Shown: positions 33,341 through 43,260, counted from the stretch's first letter. The stretch is DNA of 64,000 nt from Actinomycetota bacterium (GCA_052390615.1 JBQTGT010000017.1:70536-134535), one strand, 5' to 3'. Translations and numbers: made by a program. Notes: generated from the sequence alone by a model not told the origin.

Positions 33341-33717
33341 AAGGTCGTGTACGTGTTCGGCGGCGTCACGATGTACACCGCGCTGCGCGCGATGCAGGAG
33401 GCACTCGGTCGACCCGAGCTGCCACTGGTGACCGCGAACGCGATCTTCCTCGCGCCGGTGCCGCCGGGCCGGTCGCGGTCGGGCGCGCCATCGGTCCCCG
33501 AGAGGATCCATGCATGGTGCTCTCGCTGGAGATCGGCATCCGTTTCGTCGCGGTGCCGGTCACGCAGTGGGTGCTCCAAGAGATCGAGGCGTGGCACGTC
33601 GGCGACGGCTACTCGACCGGACCCGCGCGCTTGCGGGACGAGGCCGGCCGGCTCTGCGCGATCGCCCATCAGAGGGCCAATGTGCGAGTGATCCCCACCC
33701 CATCAGAACCGGCGTGA
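33341..33717 (+). pseudogene. Degenerate acyl-CoA thioesterase-like remnant (two frames)
   Basis: Frame of ORF 33347: VFGGVTMYTALRAMQEALGRPELPLVTANAIFLAPVPPG resembles LFGGAGLGAAIEVMEQVTGRP..YLSYASPPS of the intact gene at 44899. Frame of ORF 33514: SLEIGIRFVAVPVTQWVLQEIEAWHVGDGYSTGPARLRDEAGRL resembles its C-terminal SLDNTLRVAHRVESDWVLADIRVHAVADGFGHGLVHLWADDGTL. A stop lies immediately upstream at 33338. Confidence 0.4.
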
Positions 33718-33808
33718 CGTTCGGGGCCGTGAGCCTCGTGTGTTCTTGCAAGACACGGGGCCGTGAGCCCCGCCACGCACGCACGTTGGCGCCGCGGGGC
33801 GAGATCCC

Positions 33809-35410
33809 CTACGCCGGGCGCTCGACTGCGAGGATCGTGCGGTCGCGCGGGAGGCTGGCGTAGAGATCGTCGACGAGGTCGTCACGGATCGCCTTGTACT
33901 CAGGGTCGTCCCAGCGGTTCACCCACTGGTGCGGGTCCTCGGCGACGTTGTACAGCTCGCCTTCGCTACCGCCGTACGCGATCGGACTGGTTGGACCGAT
34001 GCCACCGCCGAACATGCCCGTTGTCGCGAAGAACTTCTCGAGGCCGTTGGGCGTGCCGACCGTCGACGGCTCATACGCAGTGCAGAGCCATCCGTCGCGA
34101 TAGATGGAGCGCATGTGCATCCCGTAGCCGGGGAACTGCGAGTCCCATTCGCACAGCACCCGTTCGCGACCCGAGGCGGGCGCCACCGGGAGCGCCGCGC
34201 CCTGCATCCAATCCGCGACGGGCACACCGGCGATCTCGCAGAACGTCGGCGCGAGGTCGAGCTGGCCGACCGGTTCGGGGACGACGGCGGGCGTCACCCC
34301 GGCCGAAGGTGCGGGTCGCCAGACCATTGGCAGTCGCATCAGCGCGTCGACGTGGAATGGACCCTTGAAGAGCAATCCGAAGTCGCCCTGGAGCTCCCCG
34401 TGGTCGGTCGTGAACACCACGTCGGTGTCGCTTTCCCAGCCGCGCTCCGCGACACGGCGTAACACGCGGCCGCACGCTTCGTCGATCAACTCGTTCATGA
34501 CGTGAGTCATCGCGTTGATCTCGCGCAGGCTGTCGGCGCTCACTCCTTGCGGCCGGTACGAGCCCGGTCCGCCTTCCACGTTGATGAACTTTCCCTGCCA
34601 CAGTGCGAGCCAGTGCGCGGGTTTTGTCTCGAGCACCCGCTCGATTGCCTCCGGCGAACCAGGATGACCGGCCGGAAGGTCGAGGTCGCGCCAGTTGCAA
34701 CGGTGCAACTCCGACGCGGGCGGATCCCACGGGTGGTGTGGGTCGGGGAACGACATCCACACGAACCAGTCGGCGTCGTCGTGAAGCGAGTCGAGATACG
34801 CGATCGTGCGATCGGCAATCCAGTCAGTGTGGTACCAGTCGCGCGGGATCGGGTTGATGCGCGTCTCGGGTGCGCCGGTCTCACCGCCCGGTTCGGCCGA
34901 CAGCAGCGGCGAGAATCCGCGCGTTGCCTCGATGCCGTGCGTGTCGATGAGCCAACGCCCGTAGTGTTGCAGTGCTCGCTCGGCGACGGACGGCACGTGC
35001 ATCGCCAGTTCCGCGTGTTCGAAGCCGCGGTACGGCCCGGTCAGCCCGCGCTCGGACATGAAGTTCTCGGTCCACCGCAACTCGAGGTCGAAGCCCGGCT
35101 CGAAGTGGGCTTTGCCGAGCAACGCGGTGTTGTACCCCGCGTGGTCGCGGAGGTAGGCCGCGATGCTTGGGGCGTCCGCCGGCAGCGGCACACCGTTGGC
35201 GACGACGCCGTGCGTACGGACGTATTGCCCGGTGAGCATCGTCGAGCGCGCCGGCATGCAGACCGTGTTCTGGTTGTACGCGCGTTCGTAGCGAACACCA
35301 TTGGCGGCCAACTGGTCGACAACTGGCGTGCGGGCGATCGCACCGCCATTGCAACCGAGCGCGTCATACCGCTGTTGGTCGGTCGTGATGAACAGGATCT
35401 TGCGTCCCAT
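33809..35410 (-). CDS. Sulfatase (Cys-type)
   Basis: ..KILFITTDQQRYDALGCNG.. and the CMPARSTMLTGQ signature. Start at MGRKILF is approximate. Confidence 0.85.
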   Translation of the reverse strand: MGRKILFITTDQQRYDALGCNGGAIARTPVVDQLAANGVRYERAYNQNTVCMPARSTMLTGQYVRTHGVVANGVPLPADAPSIAAYLRDHAGYNTALLGKAHFEPGFDLELRWTENFMSERGLTGPYRGFEHAELAMHVPSVAERALQHYGRWLIDTHGIEATRGFSPLLSAEPGGETGAPETRINPIPRDWYHTDWIADRTIAYLDSLHDDADWFVWMSFPDPHHPWDPPASELHRCNWRDLDLPAGHPGSPEAIERVLETKPAHWLALWQGKFINVEGGPGSYRPQGVSADSLREINAMTHVMNELIDEACGRVLRRVAERGWESDTDVVFTTDHGELQGDFGLLFKGPFHVDALMRLPMVWRPAPSAGVTPAVVPEPVGQLDLAPTFCEIAGVPVADWMQGAALPVAPASGRERVLCEWDSQFPGYGMHMRSIYRDGWLCTAYEPSTVGTPNGLEKFFATTGMFGGGIGPTSPIAYGGSEGELYNVAEDPHQWVNRWDDPEYKAIRDDLVDDLYASLPRDRTILAVERPA

Positions 35411-35736
35411 CAGGGCAACCGGTCGATCCGCGGACTGCACGCGACGACGATCGTCCGCTCCAGCCCGGCCTCGCGGTGACCGTGCGTTCGCTCGTATGCG
35501 TCTGACGTCGTCATCTCGACGAACGCCTTGCGACTCGGATACTGAACGAGGACCACTGAGTCCCAGTCCTTGGTCGCGTCCCCGATGAGCACCTGCTCAG
35601 CCCGGCCTTGCCAGATCACCTTGCCGCCGCGCGCCTCGACCATCTGCACGACCGCATCTCCATACTTCTGATACTCCTCGCCACCGGTGGCGGCGCCGTC
35701 GTCGGTCCGAGTCTTGAACTTCAACAGGTTCAGCAT
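35410..35736 (-). CDS. DUF1330 domain protein
   Basis: 108 aa. MLNLLKFK..YQKYGDAVVQMVEARGGKVIWQG..VVLVQYPSRKAFVEM... Confidence 0.75.
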   Translation of the reverse strand: MLNLLKFKTRTDDGAATGGEEYQKYGDAVVQMVEARGGKVIWQGRAEQVLIGDATKDWDSVVLVQYPSRKAFVEMTTSDAYERTHGHREAGLERTIVVACSPRIDRLP

Positions 35737-35803
35737 GACGACTGGTCCGCGTCCGGTGCATGAATCAGTTCGAGGAACTGCTCGCGGTCCGGTCGGATAT
35801 CAC

Positions 35804-36391
35804 TCATCGGGATCCCGCCTCCAGCATCATGAGGATGCTCCTTGTGAGTATTCGACGCGCGCGCGGAGGCGAGCAGCCCTGTGCGGTTCGCAGTCGGTTC
35901 CAACCGTCGAAGGAGAGCAGGGCGTCGATGGCGTCGAGTACGTCGTCATCATCGCCGTTGGCAAGTTCGTCCGTGAACGCGAGTTCGATAACCCGTCGCA
36001 AACGACGGTCGATGCGCGCGAAGTTGGCGGTGATCGTGGGCGAGCTGTGCACCGCAAGCAGCGCCGCGCGCCGTACCGGCGTCACGGCGTCCCAGAGCCC
36101 TCCGCGTCCGTCGACGACGTGCGCGACGCGAGCTTCCAGGTCGAGCGAAGGGTCGGGAACTGTGACGACGTCCGTGTAGCGCGACCATTGCCGGCGCGCC
36201 GCTTCGGCCCGCAATGTCTCCATGTCGGCGAAGTGGTTGTGGACCGAGCGGGCCGAAACTCCGGCGCGCTCGGCAACCTGCGTGGCACTGGGCCGGAGAA
36301 TCCCCTCTTCGTAGCAACGCAGCAGCGCGTCCGCGATTGCCTCGCGATTGCGTGCACCCCGCAGGACTCGTCCGTCGACCGCCGCCGTCAT
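35804..36391 (-). CDS. TetR family transcriptional regulator
   Basis: 195 aa. ..REAIADALLRCYEEGILRPSATQVAERAGVSARSVHNHF... Confidence 0.85.
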   Translation of the reverse strand: MTAAVDGRVLRGARNREAIADALLRCYEEGILRPSATQVAERAGVSARSVHNHFADMETLRAEAARRQWSRYTDVVTVPDPSLDLEARVAHVVDGRGGLWDAVTPVRRAALLAVHSSPTITANFARIDRRLRRVIELAFTDELANGDDDDVLDAIDALLSFDGWNRLRTAQGCSPPRARRILTRSILMMLEAGSR

Positions 36392-36397
36392 TCGCTT

Positions 36398-36421
36398 CCA
36401 GTGGATACTAGTTTCAGGTGG
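36398..36421. promoter_or_regulatory. Imperfect 24-bp palindrome centred on ACTAGT (candidate TetR operator)
   Basis: ccagtggatACTAGTttcaggtgg. About two thirds of positions are symmetric. Located in the divergent TetR/P450 intergenic region. Confidence 0.3.
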
Positions 36422-36482
36422 TCTGCAAGTAGATTCGGCCGCCTCGGCCGGTGAGGCGCCGCGATCCGGAGCCCTGTGACCG

Positions 36483-37778
36483 ATGTCACGCTGCCCGCCG
36501 GGAGGAATCGGGCGTAAGTTGCGGCGCGTGGCGACGACCGAAGACAGCTATCTCCCCCCGATGCTCAACCCGTTCGAGCCCGACTTCTTCAAGGATCCGT
36601 ACTCGCAGTACCGGGCCGTACGCGAACAAGATCCGGTACACCTCAGCCCGATCGGCGCGTGGGCGTTGTTCCGGTACGAGGACGTGCACCGCGTGCTGCG
36701 CGATCCGCACCTCAGCGTCGAGGAACGCAACACGACCCTGACTCCGCCGCCGCTTCCCCCCGACCTCCAGGCCCAGTTGGAAGTTCGCGAGGCGCGCGGC
36801 AGCCACACGATGCTCAACCTCGACCCGCCCGATCACCACCGGCTGCGGCGGCTCGTCTCGAAAGTGTTCACGCCCCGCACGGTCGAGAAGCTACGCCCGC
36901 GTGTGCGCCAACTCGTCGACGAGTGTCTCGAAGACGTCGCGGCGCGCGGCACCGGCGAGATCGACGTGATCGGCGACCTCGCGTTCCCGCTGCCGTTCAC
37001 GGTGATCTCCGAGATGCTGGGCATTCCTGAGTTCGTCGACCGCGCCGAGCTGCGCGAGTGGTCGGGCGCTATCGTCAAGCAGTTCGATCCCATCCTTACC
37101 GAGGACGAGATCCGTGCCGCGTTCTCCGCCGGCGACCGCTTCTGGGAACTGATGAACGAGGTCATCGAGTGGAAGCGTGCCCACCCCGGCGACGACCTCC
37201 TCACCGGGATGATCGCCGCCGAAGACGATGGCGACCGTTTGTCACTGGAAGAACTTATCGAGCAGAGCCTGCTGTTGTACGTCGCCGGCCACGAGACGAC
37301 GGTTAACCTTATTGGCAACGGCACCTTGGCGCTGTGTCGCCATCGCGACCAACTCGAGCAGCTGGTGCGTGACCCTGCGCTCGACATCAACGCGATCGAC
37401 GAGTTGCTGCGGTACGACAGCCCGGTACAGATGTCGCGCCGGATCACGTTGGCCGAGGACTACGAGATCGGCGGCAAGCACATGGAAGCCGGCACGATGT
37501 TGATGACGTGCCTCGGTTCTGCGAACCGCGACCCGCAGAAGTGGGGCGCGGACGCCGATCGGCTCGATCTTTCCCGCGCTGACGCGGCCCAGCACGTCTC
37601 GTTCGGCGGTGGGTTCCATTCGTGCCTCGGTGCGCACCTTGCGCGCGTCGAAGGTCAAGTGGCGATCGGAACACTCGTGCGCCGCTTCCCGAACCTTGCG
37701 CTCGCGACGGACCAGGTCGAATGGAACGGTCGCATCGTGTTGCGCGGCCTCGTTCGCTTGCCGCTGACCCTCAACTGA
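36483..37778 (+). CDS. Cytochrome P450
   Basis: AGHETTVN, DELLRYDSPV, heme motif FGGGFHSCLGAHLAR. The true start may be GTG 36528 or ATG 36561. Confidence 0.9.
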   Translation: MSRCPPGGIGRKLRRVATTEDSYLPPMLNPFEPDFFKDPYSQYRAVREQDPVHLSPIGAWALFRYEDVHRVLRDPHLSVEERNTTLTPPPLPPDLQAQLEVREARGSHTMLNLDPPDHHRLRRLVSKVFTPRTVEKLRPRVRQLVDECLEDVAARGTGEIDVIGDLAFPLPFTVISEMLGIPEFVDRAELREWSGAIVKQFDPILTEDEIRAAFSAGDRFWELMNEVIEWKRAHPGDDLLTGMIAAEDDGDRLSLEELIEQSLLLYVAGHETTVNLIGNGTLALCRHRDQLEQLVRDPALDINAIDELLRYDSPVQMSRRITLAEDYEIGGKHMEAGTMLMTCLGSANRDPQKWGADADRLDLSRADAAQHVSFGGGFHSCLGAHLARVEGQVAIGTLVRRFPNLALATDQVEWNGRIVLRGLVRLPLTLN

Positions 37779-37800
37779 CATCATGAGGTAGTGGACAGTA

Positions 37801-38490
37801 TTGCCGTCGAGGTTCCTGCTGGTGATGGGGGCGGGGTTGAGCGAGCTCGTCGGCGACCGGGGCGCAGCCGGCGTCGACTACCAGGTGTTCTTGTTCCCCG
37901 GGATCCTCGCGATGTCGATCATCACGTCGTCACTTTTCGGCGCGGTCGGAATCGTATGGGACCGCGAGTTTGGTTTCATGCGCGCGATGCTCGTGGCGCC
38001 CGTCTCGCGGACGTCGCTCGTGCTCGGCAAGGCCGTTGGTGGCGGCACGGTCGCAGTCGCGCAGGGCCTCGTGCTGATCGTCATCGCGCCGTTCATCGGC
38101 GTGGACCTGACCGTGGTACGCGTCGTCGCGCTGTTGGGCGCGCTGCTGCTGCTTGCGTTCGCGCTGACCTCGTTCGGCATCGTGCTCGCCAGCCGGATGC
38201 AGCGCATGGAGTCGTTCCAGATGGTCATGGCGTTGGTGATGCAGCCCATGATCTTCCTGTCGGGCGCGGTGTTCCCGTTGCAGAATCTCCCCGGTTGGCT
38301 CTCAATACTGACCCGCGTGAACCCGGCGACCTATGGCGTCGACCTGTGTCGGCGCGCGGTGCTCGACGACGCGGTAGCGTTGACGTTCGGAGACTGGGTC
38401 GTGCCGATCTGGTTCGACGTGATCGTCGTGCTCGCGCTCGGTTCGATGATGCTCGGCATCGCGGTGAAGCTTTTCAGCCGCGTCGACTAG
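37801..38490 (+). CDS. ABC-2 type transporter permease, apparently 5'-truncated and without an ATPase partner
   Basis: ..GVDYQVFLFPGILAMSIITSSLFG..REFGFMRAMLVAPVSR..VNPATYGVD... Only ~24 aa precede the conserved Y..FL.PG loop, so TM1 is largely missing. TTG start directly after the P450 stop. Confidence 0.6.
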   Translation: MPSRFLLVMGAGLSELVGDRGAAGVDYQVFLFPGILAMSIITSSLFGAVGIVWDREFGFMRAMLVAPVSRTSLVLGKAVGGGTVAVAQGLVLIVIAPFIGVDLTVVRVVALLGALLLLAFALTSFGIVLASRMQRMESFQMVMALVMQPMIFLSGAVFPLQNLPGWLSILTRVNPATYGVDLCRRAVLDDAVALTFGDWVVPIWFDVIVVLALGSMMLGIAVKLFSRVD

Positions 38491-38559
38491 ACCCCATCGA
38501 GTAAACGCGCGTCGCAGTCGCGCCGAGCGCGGCGCCACCCGCGCCGACGAGGATCGCTT

Positions 38560-39306
38560 CTAGAACAGCCGACCGTCGTGCCACAGCGCGCACACGTCCA
38601 TCGTTAGCGCGATCGAGATGTGCAAGGCGGCGCCCCACCAGATCGATCGCGTGCGATAACTCAAGGTTCCCAATACGAGCCCGCCGACGATCGCGGCGAG
38701 CGCCTCGGGCATCGGCTTGCCGTAGTGGATCATGTTGTACGGCACGACCATCACGCACACCGAGAGCCATCCGAATCGGGGCGCGAGCCCGTGGACGATG
38801 AACCCGCGGAAGAAGAACTCCAAGGAAACGAACTGGGCGCAGTACAGGAACCACCAGATCCACAGGTTCGGCCAGAACGACTCGCCCGGGGCCAGGTCGT
38901 AGAACGGATACTTGTCCTGAAAGCCGTCGGCGAAGGACGCGAGCACCACGATCGGCAAGGAGACGGCGAAGAGCGCGGCGTAGACGCGTGCGTGCTCACC
39001 GATGCCGGCGACGCGTAGCCCGAGGTCACGGACTGGTCGATGCAGCACGAAGCGGGCAACCACGAGCGCCGGCACGACGTACGCGACAATCGTCACGATC
39101 GCCCACGCCGACAGCCGACCGAGCTGAGTATCGGCCGCGACGATGCCCGTGCCGTCGCGCCGTCCCCAATACTCGATCACCGTGAGGCACAACGCGACTG
39201 TCACCAAGACGACTGCGACGTCGCGGTCCTCGCGCGAGAGCCGGGGAACAACGGTTAGGGTCGACGAGGCCGGTTCGTCCACCCACCCTCCTCGGTTAGG
39301 AACCAT
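38560..39306 (-). CDS. CPBP family intramembrane glutamic endopeptidase (CAAX protease-like)
   Basis: ..VSLEFFFRGFIVHGL.. and ..GAALHISIAL.. motifs. The start is uncertain (ATG 39306 or GTG 39282) and overlaps the SDR 3' end. Confidence 0.7.
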   Translation of the reverse strand: MVPNRGGWVDEPASSTLTVVPRLSREDRDVAVVLVTVALCLTVIEYWGRRDGTGIVAADTQLGRLSAWAIVTIVAYVVPALVVARFVLHRPVRDLGLRVAGIGEHARVYAALFAVSLPIVVLASFADGFQDKYPFYDLAPGESFWPNLWIWWFLYCAQFVSLEFFFRGFIVHGLAPRFGWLSVCVMVVPYNMIHYGKPMPEALAAIVGGLVLGTLSYRTRSIWWGAALHISIALTMDVCALWHDGRLF

Positions 39307-40073
39307 CCACTGGAGGCGTAGGTACCGCCGTCGACGTGCACCGTCGTCCCGGTCACGAACGCCGAGAGGTCGGACGCTAGGAACACCGCGACCCCCGCGG
39401 TGTCGGCGGGCCGACCGAAACGACCGAGCGGTACCCACGCTGGGATGAGGTGTTGTTCGTGTTCCCCGACCCACCGGGCGTACGGCACCTGCGGGGTCTC
39501 GGTGACGTCGGGCGCGATGGCGTTGACACGGATGCCGTGGCGGGCGTACTCGACCGCGATGCTCCGAGTGAACCCGGTAATTGCGCTCTTGAATGCCGAG
39601 TACACGGCCCGCGTCGGTATGGCACGAAACGCTTCGATCGTCGACACGTTGACGACGCTGCCGCCCGCGCCCTGCGCGATCAATCTCGGGAGCACGGCGC
39701 GCGTGCAGCGCAGGACATGCTCGAGGTTGATGCGATAGAGGTCATCCCACTCGTCGTCGGTCTGCTCGTGAAAGGCCTTGCGCGCACCGCCGTAGTGGCC
39801 GACGTTGTTCACGAGCAGGTCGACGCTTCCGAACTCGTCGATCGCGGCAGTGACGAGCGCCTGCGCCGCCTCGGGCTCCGTGACGTCGCATACGACCGCG
39901 ACCGCACCCTCGCCGATACCGGTCTGCGTATCGCGCGCGCGATCGCCGTCGATTTCGGCGAATACCACACGCGCGCCTTCGGCGAAGAAGCGCTCCACAA
40001 TTCCGCGACCGATACCGGCACCGCCGCCCGTCACGATCGCGACCTTCCCGGCGAGGAGGCGCGACGCGATCAT
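39255..40073 (-). CDS. Short-chain dehydrogenase/reductase (SDR)
   Basis: Trimmed to MIASRLLAGKVAIVTGGGAGIGRG... NNVG. YSAFKSA catalytic motif. Confidence 0.9.
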   Translation of the reverse strand: MIASRLLAGKVAIVTGGGAGIGRGIVERFFAEGARVVFAEIDGDRARDTQTGIGEGAVAVVCDVTEPEAAQALVTAAIDEFGSVDLLVNNVGHYGGARKAFHEQTDDEWDDLYRINLEHVLRCTRAVLPRLIAQGAGGSVVNVSTIEAFRAIPTRAVYSAFKSAITGFTRSIAVEYARHGIRVNAIAPDVTETPQVPYARWVGEHEQHLIPAWVPLGRFGRPADTAGVAVFLASDLSAFVTGTTVHVDGGTYASSGWFLTEEGGWTNRPRRP

Positions 40074-40708
40074 GCCCCGCGCGCGATCCGCCGCAGCGCG
40101 TCGAGCCGCTGCGAGATCGGCCAACCGGGGAAGTGCGCGATGCGCGGCACGGGCGCGGGATCGTCGGGAATGCTGTTCCACGCACGGTCGAGCAGTCCGG
40201 TTCCGAGCCGCGACACCGTGAGTCGTATCGGTCGTACCTGCGGTGCCAGCCGGTACCCGAGCAGCCGGATGATCGCGGCGTTCACCCACCACGGATGTTG
40301 TCGGCTCGCGGCGTGGTGCCAGACCCGCTCGAGGAACCGCGACGCTCGCGGACCGCCTCGCAGGACCATGACACCCGAGTTCGGAATCCGATGGCCGTGG
40401 ATGCGGTGCTCGACAAGATGGAGAAAACGCTGCGCCGTCAGTGCTCCTTCGATGTCGGGCGCGTCGTCGAGAACGCACGCATCGGCATCGATCCAGCACA
40501 CGATCCCGGGCTGGGCTACGAGCGAGTGCAAGAGCGCGATCTTCTCCCACGCGGCCGGGCGCCCCGGCGCAATCCGACGATCAACGACCAGCAGCTCGTA
40601 ATTGTGGCGCGCCGCGTAGCGTTCGAGCGCGGGTCCCGTGATCTCGAGGAGCTCCCGGTACGGCCCGTGCGCGATCGTGCATAGCACTCGGCGCGCCGAC
40701 GCGGTCAT
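40070..40708 (-). CDS. Putative GT-A fold glycosyltransferase (nucleotide-diphospho-sugar transferase-like)
   Basis: Trimmed to MTASARRVLCTIAHGPYRELL... DxD-like WIDADACV. ..NSGVMVLRGG... The family call is tentative. Confidence 0.5.
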   Translation of the reverse strand: MTASARRVLCTIAHGPYRELLEITGPALERYAARHNYELLVVDRRIAPGRPAAWEKIALLHSLVAQPGIVCWIDADACVLDDAPDIEGALTAQRFLHLVEHRIHGHRIPNSGVMVLRGGPRASRFLERVWHHAASRQHPWWVNAAIIRLLGYRLAPQVRPIRLTVSRLGTGLLDRAWNSIPDDPAPVPRIAHFPGWPISQRLDALRRIARGA

Positions 40709-40953
40709 CGATCGTCCGTCACAATGTGGCTCACTACTCGCCGGCGGTGCGTCTGGCAATCGTCTTCTCGCGGACGTACCGGTATGCCGCGCACGCGCAG
40801 ATCGCACGCGTCGAGGCCGACGTACAGCGTTCTCGCGGGGGACTTCATCTCCCGGACGCTACTGCGCGGGCCCGCTCCCCAGTCGGCACGCAAATGGGGC
40901 GCGGAGCGTCCATGAACGTGCCGACTGTTGGGATAGTTCTGGGCGATGGACGG

Positions 40954-43260
40954 CTATGCGAGCGCGATCGTGAGTGCGTCTCGCACGTCGCGCACCGCGT
41001 GGAACTGCATCTCGGCGCGGACGCTCTCGGGGACGTCGTCGAGGTCGGCTTCGTTGTCGGCCGGGAACACGACGTCGGTGAGCCCCGCGCGGTGCGCAGC
41101 GAGCGCCTTCTGCTTGAGACCGCCGATTGGCAGCACCCGACCCTGCAGCGTGACCTCGCCGGTCATGCCGACGCCAGGCTTGACCGGTCGATCGGTGAGC
41201 AGGCTCGTCAGCGCGGTCGTCATCGTGATGCCAGCCGACGGTCCGTCCTTCGGGACGGCGCCCGCGGGCACGTGCAGATGGAACCGGCGCTTCTCGAACC
41301 GCTCGGGCGCGATACCGAGCTCGGCGGCGTGCGCGCGGACGTACGACAGCGCGATGTGCGCCGACTCGGACATCACCTCGCCGAGCTGACCCGTGACGTG
41401 CAGCCCCGCATCGCCGGCCATTCCGGTGACTTCGATTGTCAGCACGTCGCCACCGGCGCCGGTGACCGCGAGGCCGGTCGCCAGGCCGGGTATCGGCGCG
41501 CGCGTCGCGTCTTCGGGCCGGAAGCGCACGCGCCCGAGGAACTCGGTCATGTCGGATTCGTCGACGACCACCGGCGTCGGGCCGCCTTCGGCGACGCGTC
41601 GGGCGGCCTTGCGCGCAATCGTGCCGAGCTGCCGTTCGAGGCCGCGGACACCCGCTTCGCGAGTCCAGCCGCTTACGATCGCGTGGAACGCGGCGGCGGT
41701 GACCTCGAGCTCGTCGGCGCGCAGGCCCGCCTTTTCCTTCTGGCGCGGAAACAGGTAGTGCGTGCCGATCGCGACCTTCTCGTCCTCGGTGTAGCCGTCG
41801 AGCTGCACGATCTCCATGCGGTCCAGCAACGGCGCCGGGATCGTCTCGAGCACATTCGCGGTCGCGAGGAACAACACGTCGGAGAGGTCGAGGTCGAGCT
41901 CGAGGTAATTGTCGCGGAACGTGTGGTTCTGGGCGGGGTCGAGGACTTCGAGCAGCGCCGAGGCGGGGTCACCCGACCAGCCGCCGGCCTGGAGCTTGTC
42001 GATCTCATCGACGAGTACGACCGGATTCATAGCGCCGGCATCGGTCAGCGCGCGGACGATCCTTCCGGGACGCGATCCGACGTAGGTGCGCCGGTGACCG
42101 CGAATCTCGGCTTCGTCGCGCACTCCTCCGACTGCGATGCGAACGAACGGACGACCGAGAGCGCGCGCGACCGACTCACCAAGCGAGGTCTTGCCGACTC
42201 CCGGAGGACCGGCGAGCGCGAGGATCGCGCCGCTGCCGCGCCCGCTCACCCGACCGAGACCACGGTCGCGCCGGAGTACGCGCACCGCGAGAAATTCGAG
42301 GATGCGTTCCTTGACTTTGTCGAGGCCCTCGTGGTCCTCGTCAAGCACCCGCCGGGCGTCGGTGAGGTCGGCGTGCTCGTCCGCGTACACGCCCCACGGC
42401 AGATCGAGCACGGAATCGAGCCACGTACGGACCCAGCTGTGCTCAGGATGCTGCGGGCCCATGCGCTCGAGCCGGTCGATCTCCTTGGCGAGCGCGGCGC
42501 GCACCGCTTCGGGCAACTCGCGTTCGGCGACGCGCGCGCGGTACTCGCCGACGACGTCATCGTCACCGTCGCCGAGCTCCTTGCGAATCGCGTCGATCTG
42601 GCGGCGCAGTAGCATCTCGCGCTGTTGCTTTTCGAGGTCGTCGCCTACCTCGGTGCGAATCCTGTCCTTGAGTTGAAGATCGGCGAGCACTTCGCGCGCC
42701 CAGCCGATCGCCAGCGTGAGGCGCGCTTCGACGTCGATTGCTTCGAGTAGCTGCACGCGCTGTTCCATCGTGAGGTCGGGCGCATAGGCGGCCGTGTCGG
42801 CGAGCGGGCCGGGCTCGTCGATGTCCTGGAGGACGTCGGCGAGACGGCGGGCGCCGCGGTGTTCGAAGATCGCATCGACGATCGCGCGGTACTCGCGCGC
42901 GAGCTCGCGGGCGCGATCGGTCGCGGGCGGGTCGTCGACCGGCTCGACCTCGACATGGAGCGCGCCCTCGGCGCCGGCTTCGCCGCGCCCGATCCGCGCT
43001 CGGCCGATGCCGCGGATCACGAGGGCGCGCGCACCGCCCGGAAGCTCGCCGGTGCTTTCGATCTGGGTGATCGTGCCCACCGTGGCGTAGCGCCCGTCGA
43101 CGCGGGGCACGAGGACCATCCGGCCCGTACCGGTCTCGGCCGCGGCGGCGGCGCGCTTGGCTTCCTCGCTGTCCAACGTGAGTGTGACCACCATCTGTGG
43201 CAGCACGACACCCGTCGTGAGCGGGAGAACGGGGAGCAGCTCGGTTCGCGTGTCTGACAT
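40954..43260 (-). CDS. lon: ATP-dependent Lon protease (endopeptidase La)
   Basis: LON N-domain, Walker A GPPGVGKTS, and C-terminal protease ..PKDGPSAGITMTTAL.. with the catalytic Ser. Confidence 0.95.
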   Translation of the reverse strand: MSDTRTELLPVLPLTTGVVLPQMVVTLTLDSEEAKRAAAAAETGTGRMVLVPRVDGRYATVGTITQIESTGELPGGARALVIRGIGRARIGRGEAGAEGALHVEVEPVDDPPATDRARELAREYRAIVDAIFEHRGARRLADVLQDIDEPGPLADTAAYAPDLTMEQRVQLLEAIDVEARLTLAIGWAREVLADLQLKDRIRTEVGDDLEKQQREMLLRRQIDAIRKELGDGDDDVVGEYRARVAERELPEAVRAALAKEIDRLERMGPQHPEHSWVRTWLDSVLDLPWGVYADEHADLTDARRVLDEDHEGLDKVKERILEFLAVRVLRRDRGLGRVSGRGSGAILALAGPPGVGKTSLGESVARALGRPFVRIAVGGVRDEAEIRGHRRTYVGSRPGRIVRALTDAGAMNPVVLVDEIDKLQAGGWSGDPASALLEVLDPAQNHTFRDNYLELDLDLSDVLFLATANVLETIPAPLLDRMEIVQLDGYTEDEKVAIGTHYLFPRQKEKAGLRADELEVTAAAFHAIVSGWTREAGVRGLERQLGTIARKAARRVAEGGPTPVVVDESDMTEFLGRVRFRPEDATRAPIPGLATGLAVTGAGGDVLTIEVTGMAGDAGLHVTGQLGEVMSESAHIALSYVRAHAAELGIAPERFEKRRFHLHVPAGAVPKDGPSAGITMTTALTSLLTDRPVKPGVGMTGEVTLQGRVLPIGGLKQKALAAHRAGLTDVVFPADNEADLDDVPESVRAEMQFHAVRDVRDALTIALA

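Noticed and set aside
40709-40953. 245-nt gap between the lon stop and the glycosyltransferase start, with a 62-aa ORF (40705..40893)
   Set aside because: The small ORF has no recognisable features and mixed codon bias. I could not support a gene or an RNA element there.
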